The notes under the pieces were generated by a model. The model worked only from the letters and a program-made list of their open reading frames with translations, did no database searches and was not told the origin of the DNA. A stretch of 38,095 nt of DNA from a virus (taxonomy: Duplodnaviria; Heunggongvirae; Uroviricota; Caudoviricetes): the IMG/VR virus record IMGVR_UViG_2526164613_000026. One strand, given 5' to 3'. Within the stretch, counting starts at the first letter, position 1, and each line of letters begins with the position of its first letter. Position numbers and translations under genes: made by a program. Shown here piece by piece: positions 9,326-20,074 of this stretch.

Positions 9326-9766
9326 TTAAAACTCCCCGAGAACCTGGTCAATCTTGCCGCAGTCAAACACCCACGGCATCGTATTACCGGTTTTAGCGTT
9401 GGCGTTATCCGGTTGTTTCTGGAACGCAACACTGCGTGCCGTGATGATGTCGCCGCTGACCTTGTTGCGGATCACGATAACGTTATTCCCCCATGTGGCA
9501 GAAGACTGGCTCTGTGCGTTATACGCCAGCGACAATTTTTTATTTGTCGGTGATGTCTTCAGAAGGTTAACGGTAATTGTCCCGCTTTTATCTGCATGGA
9601 GACTGTGCATCACTTCGCCATCAGAACCGATGGTCATGGTGTTTTTAGGACCGCCCATCGCAACCACAATCCCCTCTTCAGAACTTGCCGAACCGTACCC
9701 GAGGTCAATCGAACCGGTCGGCCCGGTCAGCGTCGCAGTGACATCCATAAAAGAATAGGTAGACAT
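9326..9766 (-). CDS. Tail tube protein
   Basis: 146 aa, ATG at 9766, directly downstream of sheath gene. Confidence 0.7.
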   Translation of the reverse strand: MSTYSFMDVTATLTGPTGSIDLGYGSASSEEGIVVAMGGPKNTMTIGSDGEVMHSLHADKSGTITVNLLKTSPTNKKLSLAYNAQSQSSATWGNNVIVIRNKVSGDIITARSVAFQKQPDNANAKTGNTMPWVFDCGKIDQVLGEF

Positions 9767-9776
9767 TCACTTCCCC

Positions 9777-10922
9777 TTAGCGAACAACGTTAATCTGTAC
9801 GTCAGCGTAATGAACCGCGCCTGCAAGTTTTATTGCAGCCTGAATCACCGGAGCCTTACGGGCTTCACGTTCTGATTGTGCCTGTTCATCCAGCGGCTGG
9901 GCGTATACGTAATAACCTTTGGGCAGCGTGTCACCTGATGACAACTGACCAAGGTCGCCCCCGTTCCATACGCCCGGAGCAATCAGTCCATTCTGAACGG
10001 CCTGATCCAGTGATTTTTCAACATTTGATAACAGTCGGGTAATACCGGCTTCAGTCTGGGGAACTTTCGTGGTGCTGGTATAAAGCAGGTTATAAAGGTT
10101 GGTCTGCACATAATTCTGTAACCAGTCCAGGCCGTGGCGTTCATCAAAGAAATCGCCGTTAGCCATCACTCCCTGCTGGAGGATAGCCGTATCATTCTGG
10201 TAGTACACGAACACATTGCAGTTTTTTGCATCAAGTGCCGATGCCTGGCTGACTGTCAGTGTTTCATACCCGACACCCGGCTCCTGCTTAAACTTGAGCG
10301 TAATCGCGGTATTACTGCCATTGAAATTAACCGTGAATGCCCGGCCAAATGCAGATAACGCAGCGTATTTATTACCCGATGAATACTGAATAAAACTGCG
10401 TGAATATCCGGCGGTTTTCAGTTTTGATGCCAAATCATCGCTGGATGCAGTCTGCAGGCATTTCTCATCGCTTGTCGTAATCGCCAGAATACGGCTTACA
10501 GAAGAGGATTCGATCGCCGCAGCCACTTTCAGCCAGTCTGCATCCGGAATATCTTCATCGTCTGCAATCCCCAGCCCATACCATGAAGTATAATCAAGCA
10601 TGGCATTCACAGCCTGCTCCAGCGTCTCATGCGTGGCCTGTTCGCTGTCTCCCTTCGTTTTCACCCAACGACCAACAAAAACCTCCTGAGGTTTCGGTGA
10701 TTGTGAGAAAAACACCTGCGCAGCCTTATATTCTGGTGATTCCACGCCAAAATCTTTTCCAATATCTTCCGCGGCAGAATAACGGCGAATGCGCTCACTT
10801 ACCGGAATGATTGTGGACGGGCCGAGAATGAGTAATGCACCAAAATTTCGCCCTGATGCTGCACGCGGCGACATGATCACATCAACATTAACAACGTTTG
10901 ATACAGGCAAGCCCTGTGCCAT
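9777..10922 (-). CDS. Tail sheath protein (short sheath family of contractile tails)
   Basis: 381 aa, ATG at 10922. Position before tube/chaperone/tape measure; family recalled from memory as DUF3383-type sheath. Confidence 0.7.
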   Translation of the reverse strand: MAQGLPVSNVVNVDVIMSPRAASGRNFGALLILGPSTIIPVSERIRRYSAAEDIGKDFGVESPEYKAAQVFFSQSPKPQEVFVGRWVKTKGDSEQATHETLEQAVNAMLDYTSWYGLGIADDEDIPDADWLKVAAAIESSSVSRILAITTSDEKCLQTASSDDLASKLKTAGYSRSFIQYSSGNKYAALSAFGRAFTVNFNGSNTAITLKFKQEPGVGYETLTVSQASALDAKNCNVFVYYQNDTAILQQGVMANGDFFDERHGLDWLQNYVQTNLYNLLYTSTTKVPQTEAGITRLLSNVEKSLDQAVQNGLIAPGVWNGGDLGQLSSGDTLPKGYYVYAQPLDEQAQSEREARKAPVIQAAIKLAGAVHYADVQINVVR

Positions 10923-10925
10923 AGC

Positions 10926-11489
10926 TTAATCTCCGAAAAAGATGACTGGTGCTTCCACCAGCGATTTAATACCGTACTCGCGCACAACCTTCCGGCGCAG
11001 ACGCACCGTCATATCGTAGCGGCGGACCCATTGCTGATTAATAAGTTCAGGGAAGGGAGTCAGACCTGTGTAATCGCCAAGAGACAGCCCCAGCGCATTC
11101 AGTGCTGCGTTGTTCTGCGGTACAGATATACCGTCACGAAACCGGGACGCATACACCATCCCCGCCGGACCATAAAACGAAGCCATACACTCAATCGTTT
11201 CATGCCGCCAGAGCTGAGAGCCATCATCGGTCTGTCTGGTGAATGCCGGACTGTCATCACCTGACCATCCGATAACCCCAAACGCACACCAGTTCGTTTC
11301 AGCCGGTAGCAGTGGCGGTTGCTCTTTCTGCCAGCGCGGACGAACCATCCCGGCAGACAGACCGGAAACGTTACGCATCCACTGGCTTAACAGCCTGTCG
11401 AGCGCTTCGTCATAATCCGGATCGCCACTGGTTGGTATCAGCCATCCGCGCTCTGTGCTGGTGTTATTGCTCAACCGGAATTCCCCCAT
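10926..11489 (-). CDS. Virion protein (neck / tail completion region), unknown function
   Basis: ORF track gives 202 aa from ATG 11534, which overlaps the upstream gene by 71 nt. ATG at 11489 gives 187 aa. Start uncertain. Confidence 0.5.
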   Translation of the reverse strand: MGEFRLSNNTSTERGWLIPTSGDPDYDEALDRLLSQWMRNVSGLSAGMVRPRWQKEQPPLLPAETNWCAFGVIGWSGDDSPAFTRQTDDGSQLWRHETIECMASFYGPAGMVYASRFRDGISVPQNNAALNALGLSLGDYTGLTPFPELINQQWVRRYDMTVRLRRKVVREYGIKSLVEAPVIFFGD

Positions 11490-11853
11490 CAAACGGCAGC
11501 AACTCACAATGCGCCTGAACGAATCCGGCACCATACGCTGTATACGGGTCGACGAAAGTCACACGATAATCACGGCCCTGATACGTCACGATATCGGCAT
11601 CACGGCCAGTCTGTCCCTGCGTCAGTCGCTCAGTCGTCACAATCAGAATTGCACCACTGATTACCTGCCCGGCCTGCATACGACGGTTTTCCAGAGAGCG
11701 ATCAACAGTTACGACTCCGGCAAACTGCTTTTTAACTTCGCTGTCGCTGCCGATCCCGTCCTCATCCACCGTTTGCACACGGCGTGTTACCCACAAATTG
11801 AAGTCGCAAAAATCGGGGTCAAAAAGCACATCTGTTACATCAAGAGTCGGCAT
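11464..11853 (-). CDS. Virion protein (head-tail joining region), 129 aa
   Basis: ATG at 11853. Coupled gene series between capsid and sheath genes. Confidence 0.5.
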   Translation of the reverse strand: MPTLDVTDVLFDPDFCDFNLWVTRRVQTVDEDGIGSDSEVKKQFAGVVTVDRSLENRRMQAGQVISGAILIVTTERLTQGQTGRDADIVTYQGRDYRVTFVDPYTAYGAGFVQAHCELLPFDGGIPVEQ

Positions 11854-12394
11854 TTTTATCCCTCACAACATGGGTAATCGCTCTGCGATATTGCCCGGTG
11901 TCAATTAATGGTTTCGCCAGTTCGGTTCCCGGGGATTCGCCAGCAGCACGCCGGGCAAGTTCCAGTGTTGCCCCCTTGCGCCCCCGACGAGCCCGGGCTT
12001 CAACAGTACTGTCAGCAAGCGGCGTAAAGCCGGTAATGGTCATGTAACGCCTGACGCCATTAGCGGCCAGTGTTCCGGCACGGTTGAGTGCGCTTTCTGC
12101 TCCCGCAGCATTACCATCAAGTGCAGCCTGCGCCGCGGCTTTGAGCTGCGGCACCGTCTGCTCTTCTGCCGATTTAACGCCGGGGACCAGGTGAGGTCGT
12201 GGCGGGATGTTCTGCTCTGGTGAGCCGTATTCGTTGAGGTAACCGATGCCCGCATTACCAAACGGAACATCATCCCGCTCGCTGTCTTCCGAAGGGATGC
12301 CGACCAGAACATCTTTTTTGGTTAACGACCTGAGCGCATCCAGAATGGCCTTAGCGTTATCCACCCTCGTTGTTACACCGCTTTTGAAACTCAT
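11840..12394 (-). CDS. Virion protein (head-tail connector region), 184 aa
   Basis: ATG at 12394 with ATGA overlap to upstream gene. Confidence 0.5.
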   Translation of the reverse strand: MSFKSGVTTRVDNAKAILDALRSLTKKDVLVGIPSEDSERDDVPFGNAGIGYLNEYGSPEQNIPPRPHLVPGVKSAEEQTVPQLKAAAQAALDGNAAGAESALNRAGTLAANGVRRYMTITGFTPLADSTVEARARRGRKGATLELARRAAGESPGTELAKPLIDTGQYRRAITHVVRDKNADS

Positions 12395-12798
12395 AGCTGG
12401 CGACCACCTGCACCGAACATCGTGATCAACTGATAAAATTCAGCGCCATATCGGGTGTTATTCCAGAAACCTGCATCAGGATTCAGCGTCGCGCTGGTGT
12501 CATAACTGACGCTTACCTTATCCACGGACTTTGAGGACTGAACACCATTGGTTGAACCGCCCGGCCCGCCAGCCAGCATCGCCCGGATGTCTGCCGCCCA
12601 GAGCGTCATGTAGTGTGCAACGAACAATCCGGCAAAGTACGGAAACAACTTTTTGCTGGTGACGTTTTCGCTCAGCAGTTCATCGGCCAGATTCAGACGA
12701 AACTGGATTTGCGCTTCGGGATATTTGGCAGGGTCAGCAAACTGCGGGAAGTCGCGGCGAAAATCACTTACCGCTGGCAGACTTTGATTCTTTGGCAT
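12391..12798 (-). CDS. Head-tail adaptor-like protein, 135 aa
   Basis: ATG at 12798. Size and position downstream of major capsid gene. Confidence 0.5.
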   Translation of the reverse strand: MPKNQSLPAVSDFRRDFPQFADPAKYPEAQIQFRLNLADELLSENVTSKKLFPYFAGLFVAHYMTLWAADIRAMLAGGPGGSTNGVQSSKSVDKVSVSYDTSATLNPDAGFWNNTRYGAEFYQLITMFGAGGRQL

Positions 12799-12985
12799 TT
12801 TTTACCTCGTTACGCGCGTCTGTGGCTTTGCCAACGGATACTTCCGCGTGCGCACGAGTGAACCAGTGCGTGGCAACGTCTTCCTCCACAGCATGACGGC
12901 CTTTAACAAACTCGCTCCGCGAACCGTCGGGAAGCGTGAGCACAAACGGGGTATGTACGTGTATTACTGCATTATTTTTTGCCAT
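12764..12985 (-). CDS. Small phage protein, 73 aa
   Basis: ATG at 12985 with AAGGA upstream. Overlaps downstream gene by 35 nt. Confidence 0.4.
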   Translation of the reverse strand: MAKNNAVIHVHTPFVLTLPDGSRSEFVKGRHAVEEDVATHWFTRAHAEVSVGKATDARNEVKNAKESKSASGK

Positions 12986-13026
12986 CGGGTCATCCTTAAT
13001 GGCCCCGCCAGGGGGCCATATGGCTG

Positions 13027-13968
13027 TTAAATGCCATCAACGTACGAAATGGTTTCTTTGTACACTGGCTCGACTGCACCCAGCTTGCCGTAGTAAGTGA
13101 CGATCTGATACAGACCGCGATACTGCACCGGCACGCTCTGAAGCGGAACCAGCGGGTAGCGGACGTATTTTTTATCGTTGGTGTACGCAACCATGCGATC
13201 CTTATTCCCCACACCACGGCCTTTCAGCCATTTAACCGCGCGGATATTCAGCGGAACACCGTTCTGGTGATAGCTGATGGTGTTGGTCTGAAGGTACGTC
13301 AACAGGGACTGGTTACCCGCAGATGAAACGATGATGCTGGACAACAGAGCAAACTGCTCAGGCGGGATCAGCAAATCACGCGGAACCACAGAGTAACCGG
13401 AAGCGGCCCACGCATCAGACAGCACCTGGTTAATGCTTGCGCGGATTTCGTCCGATGTTGAGGTTGCCCACGTTTTGGCAGCGTTGTTGACAGGCACGCC
13501 GTCCAGGGTAACAAGGCCTTTCAGGTTTAATGCGGAATCGCCAACATATACCTGTTCATCGTTATCCATCTGCCATTTCAGTTGCATACCGTCATACTTC
13601 TGCGTATCAATCGGGCGGCCGACCTGCTGAGCAGCCTGCAATTCTATGACCGTCCAGCCAAGTTCCATCCCCCACAGGTTCAGCGGGTTACCGGATTTGC
13701 CGATATCCACGTTCACGCCAGCAATAGCGGTTGAGTCTTTGCCTACCCAGTTTTTTCCATTCGGATTTGCACCAGTACCCGCAGCGGCGAAGCTGGTATT
13801 CGTCCAGCTGGAAATGTCATCTGCGATGGAGACGTCTTCACGCAGTTGAATATCGCGGCTCCAGGTGTACCCCACCAGTGGCAGGTTCAGCGTCTGGTCG
13901 AGTCGTTCCAGCTCCCCGATGAGAAAGGCACCAGAGCTGTCAACGGTTGCCTGATCAAAAGTAATCAT
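13027..13968 (-). CDS. Major capsid protein
   Basis: 313 aa, ATG at 13968. Follows scaffold-like and decoration-like genes. Family recalled as the DUF2184-type coat that co-occurs with DUF2213 and Mu F-like proteins. Confidence 0.75.
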   Translation of the reverse strand: MITFDQATVDSSGAFLIGELERLDQTLNLPLVGYTWSRDIQLREDVSIADDISSWTNTSFAAAGTGANPNGKNWVGKDSTAIAGVNVDIGKSGNPLNLWGMELGWTVIELQAAQQVGRPIDTQKYDGMQLKWQMDNDEQVYVGDSALNLKGLVTLDGVPVNNAAKTWATSTSDEIRASINQVLSDAWAASGYSVVPRDLLIPPEQFALLSSIIVSSAGNQSLLTYLQTNTISYHQNGVPLNIRAVKWLKGRGVGNKDRMVAYTNDKKYVRYPLVPLQSVPVQYRGLYQIVTYYGKLGAVEPVYKETISYVDGI

Positions 13969-13979
13969 TCGTCTGTTCC

Positions 13980-14486
13980 TTAAATCTTCCAGGAAATTTC
14001 TGCATTGCCGTCAGCATCACCGGCACCTGTGAATTCAGCGTTGGTCAGCACCACGTTTTTGCCACTGACTGACGTGGCCATGAATCCACCCAGCGGCACT
14101 TTGATGGATTCATCAGTGGAGACGACAACGTATACCGGGTCGCCTTTTTTGATGGTGCTGGCATCAAAATCAGAACCGAGATTAACGGTCACGTAGCCAC
14201 GCTTCATGGCGTCGCCCGGGAAGTTCTTGCCACTCCCCACCTGGCGAACCATGTCCGGCTGCGACGTGGTCGGATAAGGGCGCACGTAGATCCCCTTCAC
14301 CTTGTCTGCGGTATCACCATCTGCCAGCGGCACGAAAAAACCGTCATCATCGTATTTACCAGCCAGCCCATAGGCAGCGAAGGCGTTATCGGATTTAAGG
14401 GCCACCGGTTCGACGGTTAAGTCCTGCGGGCGAGAGACAGCCCCGGCAATGCCAACAGGCATCCGATACAGAAATACATTATTCAT
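13980..14486 (-). CDS. Head structural protein (decoration/cement-like), 168 aa
   Basis: ATG at 14486. Between scaffold-like gene and capsid gene. Confidence 0.5.
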   Translation of the reverse strand: MNNVFLYRMPVGIAGAVSRPQDLTVEPVALKSDNAFAAYGLAGKYDDDGFFVPLADGDTADKVKGIYVRPYPTTSQPDMVRQVGSGKNFPGDAMKRGYVTVNLGSDFDASTIKKGDPVYVVVSTDESIKVPLGGFMATSVSGKNVVLTNAEFTGAGDADGNAEISWKI

Positions 14487-14489
14487 TTT

Positions 14490-15710
14490 TTACCCTTTAC
14501 GGTTTGCCCAGAATTCAGCGTTTTGTTTGTTCAGGGAAGCGATACTGGTCATGCCCATGTTTGGGCGCTGTGCATCGCCGGTGGTGGCGCGGGTGTTTCG
14601 CCCTTTGGCAATCTCTAACACGGCATTAAACGCCATGTCGACCGATTGTTTCGGTAATTTGCGGATATCCGCATCACCGACTATCTGGCGAACCAGCGTT
14701 TTGTCAGCAGAAGCCAGAACCTCGCGTTTGAACGCGGTCGGTTTCATCTTACGGCTCAGATCGATACCCGGAACGATAACTTCGGCACGCCAGGCTGAGT
14801 CACCAGTAATCGTGGTTTCCTCTTCATCGTCCTCGCCGTCACCGGTCGGATTATCGTCAGGCTTATTGTCGTTATCGCCCGTCGCATTTCCTTCCAGCTT
14901 AGCCAGCAGGGCTTTCAGTAATGTTTTGAGGTCATCATCACTGTCGCCGGTTGGACCTCCGCCCATCTCTGGTGCTTTGTCCGGTAGCGGTTGCTGCGGG
15001 GACAGATTGATGTTGAGATTAACGCCCTGCGGCAAATCCCCCTCATCTCCTGTAACCGATGCGGGAGCCGACTCCACCAGTTCGTTCATGGTGTCAGCGT
15101 CACCCGTTTTGATGGCCGTGCGCATGCGGGTCCACCAGCTTTTCTTTTGATTTGCCATTGTGTCTCTGTCTCCAATTGCACAACGATTTCCGGCTCTGCC
15201 TTTAGGGACAAGAGCCACATGGTTTCCGGTAATATCGACCTGCCCGGCTTTACCTGGCTCGGTCTGCTCATACTCCGCGTCATAGCCGCACGACACTTCG
15301 CGCAGGCCATCTTCGATAAGCTGAATGGCGTTTTCGTCTTTGACGATAAGGTCAGCCAGCATCAAATCAGACTGCTCACCCGTCCCGCGCCGGACATTCT
15401 GGAGGTGCCCGACAGCAAGCTCTTTCCAGTTCTCGGGATTTACCAGCCGCACATTCCCGTTTTCATCTTCAGGATGCAGAATCGTGATGCTCATCCCTTC
15501 GAATGAGGCAAGCGTGGCCGGATGGAATACCTGCACAGGAGAACGCGTGACGACTATTTCACCGAACTTATCGGGTTTCAGTTTTGGCAGGTCATCAGCA
15601 CCATAGAGCTGCTTACCTGTTCGTCCTATCGGCACGTCTCTGCACAGCAACGAGCCGTCAGCCAGCTGATAGCGGGTTTCCCCCAGCCGGGTATTGAAAA
15701 AATATTTCAT
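14490..15710 (-). CDS. Prohead scaffold-like protein with acidic low-complexity linker
   Basis: 406 aa, ATG at 15710. Asp/Glu/Gly-rich central stretch (GDSDDDLK, NPTGDGEDDEEETT). Family recalled as DUF2213-like. Confidence 0.6.
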   Translation of the reverse strand: MKYFFNTRLGETRYQLADGSLLCRDVPIGRTGKQLYGADDLPKLKPDKFGEIVVTRSPVQVFHPATLASFEGMSITILHPEDENGNVRLVNPENWKELAVGHLQNVRRGTGEQSDLMLADLIVKDENAIQLIEDGLREVSCGYDAEYEQTEPGKAGQVDITGNHVALVPKGRAGNRCAIGDRDTMANQKKSWWTRMRTAIKTGDADTMNELVESAPASVTGDEGDLPQGVNLNINLSPQQPLPDKAPEMGGGPTGDSDDDLKTLLKALLAKLEGNATGDNDNKPDDNPTGDGEDDEEETTITGDSAWRAEVIVPGIDLSRKMKPTAFKREVLASADKTLVRQIVGDADIRKLPKQSVDMAFNAVLEIAKGRNTRATTGDAQRPNMGMTSIASLNKQNAEFWANRKG

Positions 15711-15724
15711 GTGTTACCTGCGAT

Positions 15725-16498
15725 TCAGGCGGGATAAGATTGGGAGGTGGGAAAAACGATTTCTTTATAACAGCGACAATTCGGGAGCTCGCCAGCGTGA
15801 CCTGTCATGCCGTCAAGCGTTGGAGGTTTGCCCCATTCGACAAATTTACCTTCCATTTCCCGATGAGAATGCCTGACGTCACCATCTTCGGCTGTACGCC
15901 AGATATAACCATTCGAACCAATTGACAGCGCACGCGCCTGATCCAGCGCGCCGGTTGCACGTCCAAGTTCAGTACGGGCAATCAGGTCAGCTCTGGACTT
16001 TGCTATATCACCCGATGCGGCTATTTCTTTAGCAAAATATTCTGCTCTCCCACCGGTCACAACAGCTTCTGTCGCCCGATTCTGGATGTCGTACACCCTG
16101 TCAGCCGCCTCGAGGGGGAGCGATTTGATGTACTTGACCTGTTCGGCGATGATGGATTGCATCACCTGGCCCACAGGAGCGCTTTCCACAAGATTGCGGA
16201 GCTCGCGACTGATGTTCTTGCTGTGTTGCCGCCAAACTTTCTCGTTCTGCCGGGTTAGGTCCGCAGTAAAGTTTTCCGCGACCTTTGTCGCCCAGGGGGT
16301 GATGATTTCACTGTAGCGTTCCAGCGCCTCAATAATTTCCGTGATACTGTCATTTGAACCATCGTAGCGACCATTTACGATGTCTCCGACCGCCCGCGCT
16401 ATCCTGCGTAGGCTGGTTCGATAGCGGATTTCCGCCTGACGGTTCCTGCGGTTCGTCATCAGATTCGCCGATGCCGGGCGGCGCTTCATCTTCGGCAT
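15725..16498 (-). CDS. Phage Mu F-like minor head (head morphogenesis) protein
   Basis: 257 aa, ATG at 16498. Overlaps portal 3' end by 149 nt. C-terminal HSHREMEG, Cys-rich tail, and position right after portal. Confidence 0.7.
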   Translation of the reverse strand: MPKMKRRPASANLMTNRRNRQAEIRYRTSLRRIARAVGDIVNGRYDGSNDSITEIIEALERYSEIITPWATKVAENFTADLTRQNEKVWRQHSKNISRELRNLVESAPVGQVMQSIIAEQVKYIKSLPLEAADRVYDIQNRATEAVVTGGRAEYFAKEIAASGDIAKSRADLIARTELGRATGALDQARALSIGSNGYIWRTAEDGDVRHSHREMEGKFVEWGKPPTLDGMTGHAGELPNCRCYKEIVFPTSQSYPA

Positions 16499-17816
16499 TC
16501 TCGATGTCCTCGTCGGTAATGGATGCCCCGATGCCGGTTACGTCAGAATTTTCGCGCAAATCAGTCATAGCGGCTTTCAGTGTCATCAGACCATCACCCA
16601 GCGCCGTACTGATTGCGTTGGTAGTGTTTAACGCCACCGTTGAGCGATCGACATCAGACATTTGCCAGAGCGGGTTAAACTCAAACGTGAAATCGTCCGG
16701 CAGCGGCTTGCCAAGCTCCGAACGATGCATGATGTCCAGTATCCGCCGCACCGGAAGACGTAAACGCCTCTCCTGTAACGAGCTTACCCGGTCGTAATAG
16801 TTGGCAAGGTCTGCATCGCCGGTAGAAAATCCTTTCGGGGACTGTCCGAACAACCGCACCAGTGGGATACCAACAGCGCCACTAATCTGTTCTGCAAACT
16901 GCGAAAGGATGTCATCCAGACCACTGAAGCTGTACTGATGCGTTTCAAACTTATCCCGCGAGTCCATGAGTGTCATACCTTCATTGCTCTGGAACTGTCG
17001 AATCAGGTCGATATTCTTCAGCAACGCTTCATACGCAGGACCACCAAGTGCGATAAGCTCGCGTAGCTTCTCCACGCTGTAGGTGCGCAGATGCGCCTTG
17101 TAGACCAGCTGCGCCGCGCCGACAGTAGCGCTGTCGAACGCGGTAAGACGATCCCAGATACGCTCTACAACCGACATTCCCCATTCGTTCTCGGTCATCT
17201 TCTGCTGAAATGGCAGCGTGACGCCATCAAAGCGAATCAGGCGACTGTGATGAATGCGCCAGGCTGGAATGCCCGTTGCTGTGGTCACCACATCGTAAAA
17301 CTCAGGTTTACCCAGGTCCGGCCCCATATCTTTAATGCGGCGGGTCAGTACCGGGTCGATCATCCAGCGGTCGAGCGGGAGAATCCCCTTAAACTTGCCC
17401 TTACCGATGGTTTCGGGTCGCAGCGGGGTCATTGGTGCCTGCCCCTCAATCATGATGAAACCCACCGCGCCGCCGTAGAGGCGCGACCATTTCAGCACGT
17501 CATTCAGCGCATCCCAGATTTGCAACTCATCCAGTTGTGATTCGAGAATGCCACGATCTTTTGCATCAATTTCCGACGTGATGCGAATGCCTTTGCGGGT
17601 CATATCATCCGGGATAGCATCGACTGCTTCGCCGATGATCCAGGATGAACGATAGGACCATTCCACCAGCATGCGGTTACGACTGGTGAAATTAGCCCGG
17701 TAGGTGGATGCTGAGTGCTGGTTAGGTGTCTGCATCCCTACGCGGGCAATAAAATTCTCATAACCATCAGCTGTGGCCTGCGCAGTTCGCCGCAGGGCTT
17801 GTTTGTTTCGTGCCAT
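16350..17816 (-). CDS. Portal protein
   Basis: 488 aa, ATG at 17816 with ATGA overlap to large terminase stop. Acidic C-terminal tail. Confidence 0.8.
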   Translation of the reverse strand: MARNKQALRRTAQATADGYENFIARVGMQTPNQHSASTYRANFTSRNRMLVEWSYRSSWIIGEAVDAIPDDMTRKGIRITSEIDAKDRGILESQLDELQIWDALNDVLKWSRLYGGAVGFIMIEGQAPMTPLRPETIGKGKFKGILPLDRWMIDPVLTRRIKDMGPDLGKPEFYDVVTTATGIPAWRIHHSRLIRFDGVTLPFQQKMTENEWGMSVVERIWDRLTAFDSATVGAAQLVYKAHLRTYSVEKLRELIALGGPAYEALLKNIDLIRQFQSNEGMTLMDSRDKFETHQYSFSGLDDILSQFAEQISGAVGIPLVRLFGQSPKGFSTGDADLANYYDRVSSLQERRLRLPVRRILDIMHRSELGKPLPDDFTFEFNPLWQMSDVDRSTVALNTTNAISTALGDGLMTLKAAMTDLRENSDVTGIGASITDEDIENAEDEAPPGIGESDDEPQEPSGGNPLSNQPTQDSAGGRRHRKWSLRWFK

Positions 17817-19438
17817 CAGGCCTGTCTCCCTAGCAGCTCCCAGATGTTCAGGGCTGAATTCATTGGGGCATAGTTGATCATCACCGAGTCGGCAAGGTTT
17901 GGCGATCGGGTTCCATCAGGCTGTTTATCAATAACGATTTTTCCCACACCATTAATGGAATAGGTCGGCTGCGAAAGCTCGATGATGAGTTTATCTTTGA
18001 GTGCCATGCTACTGCTGATTGAGATGATTTCGTCCGGGTTGTAAGCCATACCTTCAACCACGGCGCGCCAGGTATTCTGAAAAAGTTTACGTAACCGCCA
18101 CCAGCTCTGGGCTTTGGCGTTAGCGAAGAAGTCCTTGTTCAGACGTGCGGCTTGCCCGTTGTCCCCGCGAACAGCTTCATCATCCGGATCAAATACCGCG
18201 CCACTACCTCGAAACGGTGTGGCAAGTATTGACGGTCGACGCGCAGCGTTACGCAGTTCGTTGATAGCGCGTGCATCGCCGCGAACGCCAGCGCCCAGCC
18301 CGTCCTCGTCAAAGCGAAACTCTTCGAGGTTGTCCTGTTCGCAAAAGCCGAAAACCTTCTCGACGGACTGATAAATGTCGCTGCCCACACCGGACCATTC
18401 CCGCACATTTTCCAGGAGGAAGCCATGACGGGTGGAAAAGGCATTTTTGTCCCTGCCTTCGTCGGCGACATCCATCGCGCCAAGTCGTTTGCCTGTTGGC
18501 TGGATACCCAGTTTGATATGCGCATCAACGGCAGCCTGTACCCATTCGGATGGAATCAGAACGCCTTCCGCTGATGCGCTGTAGTTCAGATCAAGTTCCT
18601 GTGCCACCACCACCGGATTATCGATTTTCTCGCATTCCCTGCGATACCACTCTTCATCCTTGCGAGGATCATCCCGCCAGTGGAATGTGAATACCGGTAT
18701 CTTCCCGCCATGACGCTTCTGAGCGAACGGGTTAGCCATGCCGTTAACTGAACTCAGGTCGATACGGCAACGCGTTGTTTGTGACAACGCCGCATCAATC
18801 AGCAGAGGACGCTGAAGGAATGCAGCCTCATCAACCAGATAAAGCGTGGTACGGTCACCACGACCAATATTATCGCCAGCCTCGCCTTTGATAACGGCAC
18901 CAGTTTCAGGAAACTCAACACGCATATATGGCGCGTGCTTCTTCTCGCTCCACGAACCGCGAAACTCTACAGGTAGCGTTTCCACGAACTTGCGTGCCTT
19001 CCAGAACAATGCTTTCGGGTCACCGGTGCTGTCGACGTATTCCTCTTTACGGGAGCCGAAACCGATAACCATTTCTTTGTTGAAGAGACAAAGCGAGCAG
19101 GCCAGTCCGATCGCGGTCCAACTGAGCCCCATTTCACGGGATTTTTCGGTAATACCATTCTCCCGATTGCCCCAGCGTTCCATAATCCAGTGGATCCACT
19201 CCTCCTGCTTAGGGAAGAGTAAAAACGGAATGGTCACCGGCAGGCCATAATCAATATTACGCGGGTCCGTTGTCATGCCCCAGTCGATGATGAACTGAGC
19301 CGGATTGGTTCGGTAAAACTGCTTCAATACGGGCAATATTTCAGGATTCTGGCGAATGCGCTGTAGGCGTTCCATCCGCCATTCAAAAACCATCTGGTAA
19401 TCAGGATGTTTAAAATCGAAGGGGAATGGTAACGGCAT
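17816..19438 (-). CDS. Terminase large subunit
   Basis: 540 aa, ATG at 19438. ATPase-like N-terminal and nuclease-like C-terminal halves. Immediately downstream of small terminase. Confidence 0.9.
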   Translation of the reverse strand: MPLPFPFDFKHPDYQMVFEWRMERLQRIRQNPEILPVLKQFYRTNPAQFIIDWGMTTDPRNIDYGLPVTIPFLLFPKQEEWIHWIMERWGNRENGITEKSREMGLSWTAIGLACSLCLFNKEMVIGFGSRKEEYVDSTGDPKALFWKARKFVETLPVEFRGSWSEKKHAPYMRVEFPETGAVIKGEAGDNIGRGDRTTLYLVDEAAFLQRPLLIDAALSQTTRCRIDLSSVNGMANPFAQKRHGGKIPVFTFHWRDDPRKDEEWYRRECEKIDNPVVVAQELDLNYSASAEGVLIPSEWVQAAVDAHIKLGIQPTGKRLGAMDVADEGRDKNAFSTRHGFLLENVREWSGVGSDIYQSVEKVFGFCEQDNLEEFRFDEDGLGAGVRGDARAINELRNAARRPSILATPFRGSGAVFDPDDEAVRGDNGQAARLNKDFFANAKAQSWWRLRKLFQNTWRAVVEGMAYNPDEIISISSSMALKDKLIIELSQPTYSINGVGKIVIDKQPDGTRSPNLADSVMINYAPMNSALNIWELLGRQA

Positions 19439-19440
19439 AC

Positions 19441-20013
19441 TTAGCCCATCATTTTTCTATACGCCTCTGCGGCCTGCTCCGGCGTTAAGTTGGTAATTTC
19501 TGTTCTGACGGGTCCTCCATCAGCGCCAGTCACTTCATTTTTGACGTTGTCTTTAAACGCCTGAACAGAAACATGACGCCCAAGCAACTCAAGGTTTTTA
19601 ACCTTATCAGGCCACTTAATCTTTTTAAGGATCCCGACCATTTCTCTGTCATCTCCTCGCCCCTCAAACATTTCAGCGAGGTTAAATCCACTCAGGTACC
19701 GACGCCACGATTCCGGCCACGCAGACAGAGGCTTAATACTTAAATCGTCCTCCAGGATGTCAGCCACATCGAGCCTGTCGATCTCAACCAGTCGCATCAG
19801 CACATAATTAGCATCAATGCCCAGTTGATCAATACGCTCCTGCTTTAGCTCGTTAATACGGGCGCGTATCTCAGGTTTACCGTATAGTTCAGCCCCCGTA
19901 ACATGTGCTCGCCTGGAGACGTAGCCTGCGCGAATAGCTGCTTGTGTAGCATTCAGATCGACAAGAAACTCGCGACAAAACACCTCGTGTTTTGCTTTCA
20001 GCTTCTTAGTCAT
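19441..20013 (-). CDS. Terminase small subunit
   Basis: 190 aa, ATG at 20013. N-terminal [25 protein letters not shown] is typical of small terminase DNA-binding domains. Confidence 0.75.
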   Translation of the reverse strand: MTKKLKAKHEVFCREFLVDLNATQAAIRAGYVSRRAHVTGAELYGKPEIRARINELKQERIDQLGIDANYVLMRLVEIDRLDVADILEDDLSIKPLSAWPESWRRYLSGFNLAEMFEGRGDDREMVGILKKIKWPDKVKNLELLGRHVSVQAFKDNVKNEVTGADGGPVRTEITNLTPEQAAEAYRKMMG

Positions 20014-20074
20014 TTTATTTTCCAGTTATCAGGTCATTATCGAAGCCCCTCCTGGAAGAGCTTCTGTAATGCTA

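Noticed and set aside
14449-15506. Plus-strand ORFs of 233 and 171 aa overlapping the scaffold-like gene
   Set aside because: Antisense to a coupled head gene. Low-complexity Ser/Pro-rich translations, no start signals.
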